NCBI RefSeq assembly: GCF_009914755.1
Contig: NC_060936.1
Strand: one strand, 5' to 3'
Source of the DNA: the human T2T-CHM13v2.0 reference genome, Homo sapiens
DNA length: 64,000 nucleotides
Every line of letters begins with the position of its first letter. Position 1 is the first letter of the stretch. Below the pieces are notes generated by a model. That model saw only the letters and a list, made by a program, of their open reading frames with translations, was not told the origin of the DNA and made no database searches. A program made the translations under genes and the position numbers. Shown here in pieces: positions 1 to 12,110 of this stretch.

Positions 1-234
1 TAGACCATGAACTCTTAATACCTACTACTGAATAATTTGTTAACGTGCTTGCAGTAGCAGAGTGAAGAAAAATGAGATAATTTAAAATATGCAGTGTATT
101 TGATCCTGAGGTATTCTTACTTTCCATAAATATCATGTATTGTTGCTAATGTATGTTGACAACATATATAACTTTCTGTACATTTATAAAGGTTGAGGCA
201 TGGAAGAGGAAAAGCACATAATGAGCCTTTACTA

Positions 235-1010
235 TGTTCTGTTCTCAAAAGACCAATGAGCTTTGTGGAGGCAAAAGGAGAACTTTATTTTCTAAAAGCA
301 ATCTGCAGATTGGGGAGACATAGTGTTTAGGTGCAAAATGAAATTGTGCTTCAAGGAGGGGTCAGGGAGTAGGAGATTATAAATGTAGAAATTGCAAGGC
401 ATGGGAAAGGAGTCAAGGGAGTGAGAAATCGAGTCTTGACTGGAGGACACTTAAGCCCCAAATCACTAGTCTCTCTTAACTGTGTGGTTCCAGGCGGTCT
501 GTTCATGGGCATGATCTGGTTTGGATCTATATCCCCACCCAAATCTCATGGGGCCTGGTGGGAGGTGATTTAATCATGGAGGCAGATTTCCCCCTTGATG
601 CTATCATATCCATAGTGAGTTCTGAGATCTAGTTGTTTTAAAGTGTGTGGTACCTCCTCCCTCTCCTTCCTCCTACTCTGACCATGTGAAGTGCCTCGTT
701 CCTCATTTGCCTTCCACCATGACTGAGTTTCCCGGCTTCTGGAAGCCGAGCAGAAGTCCTCATGCTTCTCTTACAGCCTGTGGAACTGTGAGCCGATTAA
801 ACCTCTTTACTTTACATATTACTACTCTCAGGTAATTCTTGTACAGCAGTACAAGAATGGACTAGTACAGGGCAGTTAGGGAATTTCCTGCTGCAGACGA
901 TTTAGACACCAACAACAGTACCAGATTTGGCTTGAATGAAGAAAGGGCAGTCTTGGGACATTCTTATAAGATACCTTTCCAAAAACATAAAGTCCTTTTT
1001 TGAACAGACA
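235..1010 (-). mobile_element. Old ERV LTR (family not resolved), interrupted by an MST LTR
   Basis: TG...CA termini (tgttctg at 235, aacagaca at 1003-1010) and a minus-strand AATAAA near 285. It flanks the nested MST on both sides. Confidence 0.4.
512..869 (+). mobile_element. MST (MaLR) solo LTR
   Basis: Starts tgatctggtttggat...cccacccaaatctcatg and ends gaatggactagtaca. Perfect 5-bp TSD gggca at 507-511 and 870-874. Confidence 0.9.
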
Positions 1011-2479
1011 CGGTGAGTGACTGCTTTCCTGTACTGGCTGCCTGGTTTGGCTTGTAAGTTTGGGTGTCTTAGATATGAAAAGTCTATTTTGCCTGCTGGG
1101 TAGGGCATACTTTAACAGTTCAATTTTTTTCACATGTCTAATTTAGTATCTCAAAAAATCTATTATATTGTTATTAATCTTAGTTTTTAGAGAGGAACCT
1201 AAGATAAATACAGATGGAGTTATTTGCTGAATGCTACATAGCTAGTAAGAGGCAGCAGAGAAATTAAATTTCAAAGAGAATTTTCAAATTCAAATAGAAT
1301 TTTCTATGGGTCCAGAATCACTGTTTTGTTTCCCCCGCCATGTTATCCCATACCATATATAAATAAATTCTTTACCAGATCAGAAGGTAGCAAATGTAAA
1401 GTGAAAAGGGCCAATTACAAGATCAGACACAGGTTAAGAAAATTCTAACTAGAAAATTTAAAGGAATAGTGGAGTTTATACAAAGTTAATTTGTAAAAAT
1501 AAGTCTTTTCACGTTTTATTAATATCATCTGAAAAATGTTTGCTTCTTGTTTCACCCAATTTTACATTGGATTGGAAAAAAATGTATTATCTAGGTAAAG
1601 AGAAATATGCAAGAAATGAACTGTAGGTGTCTCTAGCTATATATTAAGATTCTCAATTCTAATAATGACGTCACTGAGACAGAATGCAACTTGCCCAAAG
1701 TTACGCAGCATTTATGACAAATAAAGTACAGTATTGCATGCCTTTATCTTTTAAAATATGAATAGCTATGTTAGCTTGAATTATTTTTTCTCATAAAATG
1801 CTTGCCAGTGTATTTAGATAAAAATCAGTATGTTTCCTTTCTCCATGCTTGCAGTAAATATCTTTTCAAAAGCCATAATGGTATTATAATAAGACAGATC
1901 ATTACAGCAGCTTCATTATACCACCCTTTCCCATATTTCCAAATTCTTAATATCTTTCTTTCTGACTAAAGGTAAGATGGCTGAATCAATTCCTATAGAA
2001 TTCCTCACAGGTAATTATTTCTTACAGTGCTAGGACCTGTAGGCACATCAGAAGTCATTGGATGCTAGTCTGATTGTGTCAGTTTGCTTTGATACTTTAT
2101 TTTAAAGGGAAATGGGGGCTTTTCCTTCTTTTACACAATATAATGTTCCATTTTTTACCCACTAGACAGTGTCACTTCCAGCCTCCTAAAGAAACATTTC
2201 ACTAGGGCGCTTCCTAAAACCCTATCAGCATGCAAGGGATTTGCATTGCAAATGCTTATATTATAATGTATTTCTATGTTATAACATTTCAGGGTGTTTT
2301 TTTTCTTTTTTTTTTGTTACATTCCCTGTCAAAGTTATTCATAAAGGAGGAAAAACTACTTTCATGTAAAAAATCATCCGATTGAGTTTAAAATACAGTG
2401 TTTAAAACTATAGTGTTTTATTTAACTTAAAGTAAGATAATTGTTTATTATTACTTTATTAATTAATTAGGAAGAAATT

Positions 2480-2556
2480 CAGTCATTTGGAAAAGTGCCT
2501 AAGGCTTAATTAACAAAAAAATGCAGTCATTTGTAAAAGTGCCTAAGGTTAGATTA
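2480..2556. repeat. Imperfect direct repeat, 44-bp period
   Basis: cagtcatttg(g/t)aaaagtgcctaagg starts at both 2480 and 2524. Confidence 0.85.
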
Positions 2557-4290
2557 GGTAGACTAGAAAAAGATATATGTGTATAGATAGATAGATAGAT
2601 AGATATTTTATTTTCCAATTTCTTTGTGAATATTAAGCTGTTTTAAATATGTAAAGCTTCAAAGGATAGTCCTCTTAAACTTTGTATAGAATAAACAATA
2701 TTTCTTTTTTCTTTCTTGGTCAGCAGCCCCATTCCCATTATTGGAAAACAAGTGATTCTCAAAAGTGACTTTATCTTACACAGAACAGAATAACAAATTC
2801 CTGATTTGTCCCTGTGTCATTTCTTATGAGGTCCCTGAAGACTTTAGAGAACAATTTTGGGGCTGGGAATCATAGTTTAAATAAAACAGGTTAAGAAGAG
2901 TATGAGGTAATTCCAAAACCAAGCACTAGAAAGCTGAAATGAAGTCTTCCTTCCTTTACTTACTTTTCCCCCGTGCCTTATCTACCCTAGTAGTCAGAGA
3001 AGAATTAAGCCCATATTACATCACTGTCCTTCCCAATTTTATAATAGCTTTTTAGAGGAAAAGATATGTTGGAACAAAAGGTGTCTTCAACCTTATTCTA
3101 ATTGCTCAGCATGATTCTCAACAATCTGACTTTTTATAATTAAAAAATAGTCTGGTATAAGTTTATTCTTTGAGGCTCCTTGTGGCACTTTATTAGATTT
3201 CATATTTATGGTCTAGCCATAATTTCTTTTCCCACATCTTGTACTTTGATCTCATCCTCAGCTAGACAAGTGCCTTATGAAGAGAAAAAAAAAGTTGGTT
3301 TACGTACTACAGTAATTAAGAACTAAAAAGATGCTTTCACAGCTGTTGCTTTTGAAGTCAAGTTTAGTTAGTGGCAAGGTGCCAATTTTCAATTAAAAAT
3401 AAGATTTTTATTTAAAAAGTATAATGTGTTATATTATGTCAATAATTCATTTTTAATGCACTGTTTTTTTTAAAAAAAAAAAAGTTCTCTGCTAGTAACA
3501 GGGGCCCAAACTATCAATTATTTAAGGCCAAGTCCTTTGACAATGGTATATAGCATTCTGTGTTTGTTCAGCTTTTGTTTGTTCATCATTTGTTAGGCTG
3601 AAATAAAATACTTTCTCCCATTTTAAAAAAATGCTTAGAAAGAATTTTAGTTAAGGCAGTTTTTTCTATTTTTGTTTCATCTCTGAAAAAAATATTCAAA
3701 GTATACAAACACATATATGCATATATTCACCGTGCTTTAATTTTAAAATTGAAACTGAAGGGAATAGGTACTAGTGTTAATTCAAATCAACTTGGTAGTA
3801 ATTGAATCTATTTTCTATTCTTATCTTTTCTTATAATTACAGAGATGTGTTTACTTAACCTGAACAGAAAAGCCATTTTACTTAGTTATCAGAAGAATGG
3901 CATTGGAGGAAGCTCAGGTGTGACTTATTATACTAGTGCAAATTCGGCCTTGACATTGGCTCATAATAAAGCTAAAATCCTAGAAAGATGCACCAGTATC
4001 TGAATGCTATGCCCAAGGAAGGATGGGAAACAAAGGATGCATCTCTTTCCTTGTGTAAAAACGTTGTTGTTTTTCAGAGTGATGGGCCAAACTGAAGAAT
4101 TCAAATTTACATGATTGTCCTTCGTGAAAAAAAAGAAAAGGAAATGTCCTTCGTTTCTTTATTTCTTTCCTTCTGTCATCTCTCTGCCCCTAGTTTGGCT
4201 TCCTTCTGGGTCAGTGGTGCTCACTGCTGATGATGCTCTACTTGGTCCAACCTCAGGTTTCTCTTGGCACTCTTGGTAGCTGTTGCTTTT

Positions 4291-5518
4291 TTTGTCTGTT
4301 GTTTTTGTTTTCAATTTCTCACCCTTATCATCAAGACTCACTGCCTCCCATTATCAATATTTACTGAGCATTTACAGTGTCCTAGAAACAATGGAACATA
4401 CGGAAAGCATTGTCCCTGCTCTTGAGGAGGAGCTGACATCTTAAATTTTTTTTTTTTTAAAGTCTCTTTTAAAATGTCATTTTTGTTTGGTGTTTTCTGC
4501 AAAATACTGAGGAAATATTTTACAGCGTGAGCTTTGGGTATAACTTAGCCCCATCATTGTTTAGAGGACAGAGGAAGAAAAAGAGGAATAATTTTGAAGG
4601 CAGACAATGACAGACCGTTCAGGTAGGCATTAAAGGGAGATAAACACAATCTCATTAACTAAGGAGAGATTTACTGCAGTAAATAGGATGAGGGAAATAG
4701 TTTATGGGATGCCAGCAAAAGAAACAGGGTCCCTTAGACATTGAGTGGAGCCAGAGAGATCCTGTGGCCTTGGACATGATACCAAGTAGGAATGGTAGAA
4801 GAGAAGGCTGAAAAAGGAAGGTAAACTTGTGCACCTGACAAATACAAAGAATCAAGGATCAAAATCAAAGGCAGGTTATAAGAGTATCAAGAAATTCTTA
4901 AAAACCAAAAAGTGATTTGGAAGCACAAAACTTATACTTAACGCTACTAAAGGTCATGATGGGCCAAGAACATCGTGGCTTCCTAAGTTAGAAAAGACCA
5001 TATACCAAAATTTTAAATTGAACATACTTCTTTTTTTTCAATCTCCCCCTCTCCCAGAAAAAAATAGGAACTCATTTTTTTTCAGGGTGGCGGGGAGGAA
5101 AGGGGACCATGGGACATGGTTGGAAACAGAGTTATATTAGTAGTGTTTTTGTTGTTATGATAAACTTTGTGTTTAAACTCGATTGAAAACTCATTAGCTG
5201 CCAAGGGGGCATAAGGAATTAACTTTCTTTTTTATATTGTTTGCTTTTGTAGTTTTTATTTTGATACTTGCCTAATATGCATGTGCTGTAAAAATTGTTA
5301 ACAGGGAAATATCTTGAGATGATGACTAGCTTTGTTTAATGTCTTATGAAAATTTCATGAACGATCCAAGGATAATTGTTAAGAACACGTGTATTAAATT
5401 CATGTAAGTGGAATAACAGTTTTATGAATGGACTTTTCAACTACTTTCTCCACAGCTTTTCATGTAAATTAGTCTTTTGGTTCTGAAACTTCTCTAAAGG
5501 AAATTGTACATTTTTTGA
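4291..5518 (-). pseudogene. YWHAZ: Processed retrocopy of the YWHAZ (14-3-3 zeta) distal 3'UTR only, with an inverted 5' segment
   Basis: 5221-5518 (+) matches the YWHAZ 3'UTR as I recall it (gatacttgcctaa.atgcatgtgctgtaaaaa...ggaaattgtacattttttgaa). ~4312-5220 (-) continues the same UTR (attccttat...ggcagctaatg...gatgataagggtgagaaa). Decayed poly(A) at 4291-4311. TSD agctgt(t/a)gctttt at 4278-4290 and 5519-5531. Confidence 0.85.
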
Positions 5519-6229
5519 AGCTGTAGCTTTTGACTTGGAGGTAGTCAAAAGGCCTGGGCAGGCATATAATTCATTGCTTAATTATGTGTATGTGAGCGCA
5601 AATGCTTTCATAACCAAGATTTACCAATATGCTTTTCCCCTGCTCAGATTAGTTTATTTGGCTAGTGATAATCACAATGATGGAAATTTCAATTGCATGT
5701 CCAGTTGGGGAGTTAAACGGGAAGTTAGTATCTGAGCATGAGTCTTAAGGGAAGGCTATTTGACATTTCTTCTCATAATATTTCAAGCTAGATATTAAAA
5801 GATGTCTTCAAAGAAGAGAGGTTTTCTTCTCTGATGTTGCTTTAAATAGATTCATACACTAGGCAATTAATCTACATTTTCCAACCCGAATTATTTGAAA
5901 GACTTTAAACTCGGAATTCTCTACAGAATATTGGAAGTGAGGTAGAGGAAAGAGGAAAGTTGATCAGGGGGAGCAGATCTCCCAAAATGTCATTCTTGTT
6001 TGTCATACTGAGGTAGCAAAACTTTAACCTTGTTTAAGTGCAGCCTTTCTCGGCTTATTCCTCGTTTTTAGCCACCCGGCTGATCACCGCTAGAGAAGAA
6101 AACATAACTATTTTGGTTTATTCCATTTAACACTCATTACCATTAAATTTTGGCTGACGTTTGGTGTTAACTGCCATTTCTATTACATTGTATTTGTCCA
6201 GTGAATAGTCAGAAATGACACTTGTATAT

Positions 6230-8752
6230 TCTCTTTTCTTCTCAACCCTTCAACAGCTTCTCTCCCTTATTCACTTGCACTGGTAGACTCACTTTCTCTA
6301 TGCTTCTGAGAAAATAAAAGCAATCACTAATCACAAGACGTTTTCCACAAGCTCCCACCATTGCATAGGCCCATACACTTGCATCTCTGCCCTCATGTTT
6401 GTCTTCTGTCAGTCGGGGGGAATTACTCATGCTTCAAAGGACAACATGTCTAGCTGTGTTCTAGATCCATCTTTTTCACCTATTCTAGGATAGTGCTCCA
6501 GGAATTCTATATTCATTTTCTTAAACTAGCAACTTTTTAAATTATCTATTTGATCATCCCCATTGGAAAACAAATGGGCCATAATTGTTCCCATCACATG
6601 AAAAAGAGAAAAAGACCCAATTCTTGCTATTCTACCACATTTTCATTTCTGTCTTAATAGCAAAGCTCCTTGAATATGTAGTCTAAAACTCTAATTCCTC
6701 CCTTCCAATATACTAATGAGCACAGGGGCAATGAATACTGGTCTCCATCTCTGTCTCTGTCATCAGTATGTCGTATAGCTGATCTCTACTTCTTTGAAAT
6801 GCTGTCCTCACTGGCGTTCAAGTTACCACTCCACCCTTCTGGGTTTCTTCTTGCCTCAGGTATCATTCTGCCCCTTATCACCCTTTTCTCTGAGACCTCT
6901 TCACATTAGTGTGCCCCAGGGGTCAATCTTTGAACCTGTCCCCTCTCTTCACCCACACGCTGCATGGTCATATACATCCTGTTGCCTTAAATTCCAATTG
7001 TATGCTGAAAACTAAATTTATATCTTCAGCCTGGGTAATTTCCCTACATTGGATCTCTTATAGCCATTAATCTACAAAACAGTCCTACAACAATATCTAG
7101 TAGACAGCAGAAATCCAATTACAGATCCCTACCCCTATTCCTACACACACAGACACAAGCACACACATGCATTTAAGTCACAAGGACTCCACTCTTCTAG
7201 GTAGTTAAACTAACAAATCTTGGCACAAGTCTTGACTCCCTTCTTTTTCTCATGTCCATGTCTAATTCATCAGAAATTTTCCAATTCTACCTTCAAAATA
7301 TATTGAGAATCTTATTTATTATTATTATTACTATTTTTTTTTTTTACCATCTCTGCTACATCACCTCAGTCCAAACCACCATAGTTTATTTTCCTGGGTT
7401 ATTTCATCAGCCTTTGAACTAGTATCTCTGCTTCTGCCTTTCTCTCTTCCACACTTGAAGATCAACTAAGAATAATTTTTCAAAAAACATGAGTGAAATC
7501 ATGCCATTTATCTTACCAAAAACAATAGTATAGTCATTGTCCTTCTTCACAGTAAAAGCTGGAGTCCTCCCAAGAATTTTCAAGACTCTAACCAAGTTAG
7601 TAATTTTCTAATTTTTTCGCCTAACATCCTTTAAACCATTTTATCTTGCCTCCTTTCTGGTTGTCTAATCGCCCATCCATGCTTCCCGGTCTGGGAGTTC
7701 TCACCTGTTGTTTCCTCAGTCTTTAATTCCTCTCTCTGCTATTGAAGTGTCCAGGTGGTGGCCCAAACACCTATATGTGGTTTGTCAGGCTTACCATAAG
7801 CAAGTTCAAGACTCTGTCTGGCATATCTCATGAGGGAAATATGCCCTTCCATCATCAGTCAAGGTGTACAGCAACTGCAATGCAGCCTCTAAGGAGAGCT
7901 GTATTCAAGGACTCAGGCCCCTCTGACCAGCATACTCTTATTACTTTCCTAGCCCAGGCACCTTCATTTCTAAGCCTTTTTTTTTTTTCCTTGGGTCTTC
8001 GGCTGAGGTCTTCTCCAAGTGCCTCTGCTGAGAACTCCTTGTTGGGTGCAGTGGGTGAACTTTAAAGACATTTTTTCCAACTCTGACTCTGTACTCAGTA
8101 CTTTTCCACTCCAAGCCTCACCCATTCATCCTAGCTCCTAAACCCATAAGACTGCAGGAGCCCTTGGGAGGCCTGGTGCACTCTTTCAACAGTGAGAGGA
8201 CTACCACGTGTGTGCTAATATGCTCTACCGTGTACCTGTGTGCCATTCCATGGGGTGAAATGGAATGGGGAAAATTAGCGCCTCCTCCAGTTTTAGCCTC
8301 TGGCTTATACTTTGCAATGAATGATTAAAGGTTTGATTCTTTTTGTCTTGTTTTGTTTTGTGTTTTGATTGTTGTTTTAATCAGCTGCTCCAACAACTGG
8401 TAGTTTAGGTCTATCGAGCTCAGCTGAGCTTCTGAAACTTATTATCTGAATAATTCAAGTCTTTATTCAAATGTCCCTTCCTAATATAGTTTTCACTGAC
8501 TAAAACATTTAAAATTATTATTTCCACCCAAAATTTCCTATATTTCTACCCTGCTTTGCTTTTCTCCATAACATTTGTCCCTATGGGATGCACTATATAT
8601 TTTATGTACTTATTTTTTAATTCCCGATTTCCTCCCACTTAAGTATGAGATTTTAAGAGGTTAAGAGTTTTGGTTCTGGCACTCTCTTATCCCTTAAATT
8701 TGAGAACAGTACCTGGTGTATAGTAATTGTTCAATAAAATTTTGTTGAATTT
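6230..8752 (+). mobile_element. Fragmented L2 LINE, interrupted at ~7743-8440
   Basis: Pyrimidine-rich L2 body motifs (gtgccccaggggtcaatctttg, cttgactcccttc, accttcaaaatata) and a typical L2 3' end (acagtacctggtgtatagtaattgttcaataaaattttgttgaat). Confidence 0.7.
7743..8440 (+). mobile_element. Probable old LTR inserted into L2 (family not resolved)
   Basis: GC-richer block starting with TG and carrying a polyA-signal-like attaaa near 8325. L2 sequence resumes after it. Confidence 0.4.
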
Positions 8753-9644
8753 TGTCTGAAAGGGGCAGAGTGAAAAGCAGTTTGCAGAGTTACAACTGTG
8801 TATCATTCTCAGCCTACCAGTAGTTGCAAAACCTGACCTTGGTTACTCTTTTCCTATCGTAAGGCCTCTTACGGGTTCCAAACCATACTTAGAATATAAG
8901 TTAAATGACTCATTAGGTCTTTTATCTACTGACGGGAAGAAAGGGGATAGTGTGGGGGGTTGAGGGGGCAAGAGGATCTGAATTGACTTAGAGTATAAGA
9001 CAATCTCAGGGAATCTGTACAAGTTAAAAGTGGTTATATAAGGAAGGTACGGTTTAGTGTTGCAATATCTTCAGCTGATAAGTTGAGATCAACTGAGAAT
9101 ATCAAGTTTGCTTAAAGGCCATTGTTCTATCTTAAACACATTATGTTACATTTTGAGAAATGGGGATAATGATATTGTTTTGTATTCATAATCCAACTTG
9201 GCAGTAGATCATTCCTCAAGTGATAATCACCTCAAAAATAGGCATTAATAATATATATTAACTTTTGATTCTTACGTGTATTTACAAATTATAGTTTAAA
9301 AAGCTATGAGGTGATACAAGAATTTAAGATAGAGTCAATCATAGAAACTTACCTTTTAAAATTTATAAGCTTACATAGCTCTCTAAATATGCTTCTTTCA
9401 TTTAATTTCTTCTATATCACATAGCTGTTTTATTCAAAAGTGTTCAACAACTTTCAAATCACACTTTCAAACAGAATATAATCATTCTAGTTTGATAAAA
9501 CATTCTTCTTCAGTGCTAGGAGACTTCTGTATCTATTTTAGTTACAAGGCCATTTATGTTCTCTCCAAGTTAGAAGCAATGTAGATCTGTCTCTGTGGCA
9601 GGAATTATCTCCCTTACTTTTCCCAAAATTAATTTAATCAACTA

Positions 9645-11390
9645 TTTAAAAATATTTATTGAATATTAGTTATTTTCTGGGTGTTATCTTAGGCATCAGT
9701 GGTGAACAATACAAAACCCAAAGGGATATACAGACAAACAAGCAAATAACTCATTTAATTTCAGATATTGTGTGAATTTATAACATATATAAATAGATAA
9801 AGGGAGTGTGTGGTGTTATAGATTCTAGAGTGTATTGGTTCCTAGAGTTTTCATACTGTTGACAGGAGGATTAATATCTATTATCTAAATATGAGTATCT
9901 ATATCTATATACATGTTTTGGGAGGTAGAGAGAGAGATTAGAGAAGAATAGTCAGCAAGAGCCTTTGTGTATATGTGACATTGCTGCAGGCCTATTTGAG
10001 AAACAGGAGTGAATCATAGAAAGAATGAGACATGAAAAAATCTTGCTTGGACAAGATTATTCCAAGTAGAAAGAAAAAAGAAATGAGAAGAAAAGAAAAT
10101 ATGAATCCCACAGGTGAAAGGAAATAGTATAGTTATTATAGTCTGAATGCTTGGGTTCCTTTAATATTCGTATGTTGAGATCTAATCACAAAAATGATAA
10201 TATTAGCAGGTGGGGCCTTGGAGATATGATTAGATCATGGAGACTCTGCCCTTATGAATGGGATTAGAGCCTTATAAAAGTAGCCCCAGAGAGCTGCCTA
10301 GCTTCTTTTACCATGTGAGCACACAGCTAGAAGGTCCCATCTATGAACTACAAAATGACCCTCCCCAGACACTGAATCTGCTTGAACTTGGATTTCCCAC
10401 TTTCTAGAACTGTGATAAGTAAGTTCCTATTGTTTAAAAGCTACCGAGCCCACGATATTTTCTTATAGCAGGCCAAAGAGCCAGGAAGATATTTATAACA
10501 TATAGATGACTGTGATTAAAGATAGGTGAGCAAAACAAAGAATACTAGTAGTTGAAGTGGGTTCTGTTTAGAAAGATATAATTTACAAAAAAAAGGTTGA
10601 AGAAATGTTCACACACGTTATGTAGGACCTCATAATTTTAAAAATAATTTTAGTTTTGTTTTAAAGGTAATAGGAAACCATTGAAGAGTTTTATGAAAGA
10701 GGGTGATGTTATTTTATTTATCTTGATTGCTATGTGAAAACAGCTTAGAGGATGAGAATGGAAACAGGAGGAACAGTTAATATTTCTATATCCCAGAAAA
10801 GAAATGATGGGGATTGAAAAAGGGTATGCATAGTAAAGATAATGAGAAGTAGTTAGAGTTAGGGTTTGTTTTGACTATAACTGATAGGAATTGTTAGTAT
10901 ATTTTTGGTGATAACTAAGGATAAGAAAATAAAATAAAATGATGTCTAAGGTTTTTGGTTTCTATGGGATATGCAAATTCTGCTTGGGCTTTGTTAAGTT
11001 TGAGGTGCATATTATACATCCATCCCCTGATAAAGCAGACAAGGAGGTTGGATATGCAAATGTGGATCTCAAGGGAGGAGTGGGAACCACAGAAATAAGT
11101 GTATGAGTTATCAGTCTTGTTTGTGACATTTAGGAGGCTATGACTAGGTAAAATCACTGGCAGAAACTGTGGAAAGAGCTCCAGGACTGAGCCTTGGGGA
11201 CACTCAAATATAAAGAGGAGGAAAAATTAGAAAAATCCAGCAAACAAGGCTAAAAGGATAAGCCAAAAACATGGAAGGTAATCTAGAAGTGTGATATGTA
11301 GGAGATCAAGTGTAAAACATTTCAATGAAGGAGTAGTCATTTGTACCAAAAGTAGCTGAGAAATTGAATAAGATAAGATAGAACTGAATG
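9645..11390 (-). mobile_element. Fragmented L2 LINE
   Basis: Begins with a reverse L2 3' end (aatatttattgaata). Purine-rich antisense L2 body (ggaaaccattgaagagtttt, aggttggatatgcaaatgtggatctcaaggga). Confidence 0.7.
10135..10490 (+). mobile_element. MLT1A-type MaLR solo LTR nested in L2
   Basis: tatagtctgaatg...ggtggggcctt...gccccagagagctgcc...ccagacactgaatctgc...tagaactgtga...ttatagcag. Confidence 0.85.
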
Positions 11391-12020
11391 AAAGTTAAAA
11401 AACTAGCATGCATCTGAGCAATTATTTAATCAGTTTAAAAAGGAGATTTCCTTCATTTTTCTTTATGTTTGATTGTACACTGATTTAGAATAAAATCATA
11501 CACATTGTCTGGCAATAGAAATCCAGTCATTTACACACTGTGAACTTTCACCAGTCATCTTCTCTGTTAGGTACATGTTCTGAAGGAAATTTGAATTTTA
11601 ATTTATAAAATTAATACTAAAACATAACCCCAAATTAAATAATCTATACTTTTGCCTGTTTCTCAGATATTTCTTGAATCAAGATCTACAGAAGCATGAT
11701 ACTATTTAAGTAAACAAAGAACAGCAATAAGATAATTACACAAAAGACTGCAAAGAAAAAAGGAGATGCGAGCAATGCAGAAAAACTCATAAATAAGCAC
11801 TTGCATACAAAGGAAATTTTATATCTGCAAGAGCGTATTGTTTTACTCCAAAGTAAAGTTCATGCTATCACTCAGCATGAAGCACAGTTGTTATTATATT
11901 GAAACTGGTGGTGTGTGGTGCCAATCTTGCGGTAGTAACATTAAAATACATAGTCTAAGCAAATGAATGAGACTCAGGAAACAGCTCAAGAACATAATTG
12001 GGCATATTAGAGTATAACAT

Positions 12021-12110
12021 CCTTCCTTCCTTCCTTCCTTCCTTCCTTCCTTCCTCCCTCCCTCCCTCCCTCCCTCCCTCTCTCTTTCTTTCCTCTCTCT
12101 CTCTTTCTCA
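12021..12110. repeat. (CCTT)n-(CCCT)n-(CT)n polypyrimidine microsatellite
   Basis: Read directly from the sequence. Confidence 0.95.

Noticed and set aside
4446-4458. T run as the retrocopy poly(A) tail
   Set aside because: UTR homology continues to about 4312, and the TSD lies next to the T-rich tract at 4291-4311.
4312-5518. Long RNA hairpin formed by the inverted retrocopy
   Set aside because: The two segments are adjacent, non-overlapping parts of the mRNA and are not complementary to each other.
11645-11900. Possible lncRNA exon after the acceptor-like ttttgcctgtttctcag
   Set aside because: No convincing paired donor site or ORF; such motifs are frequent by chance.
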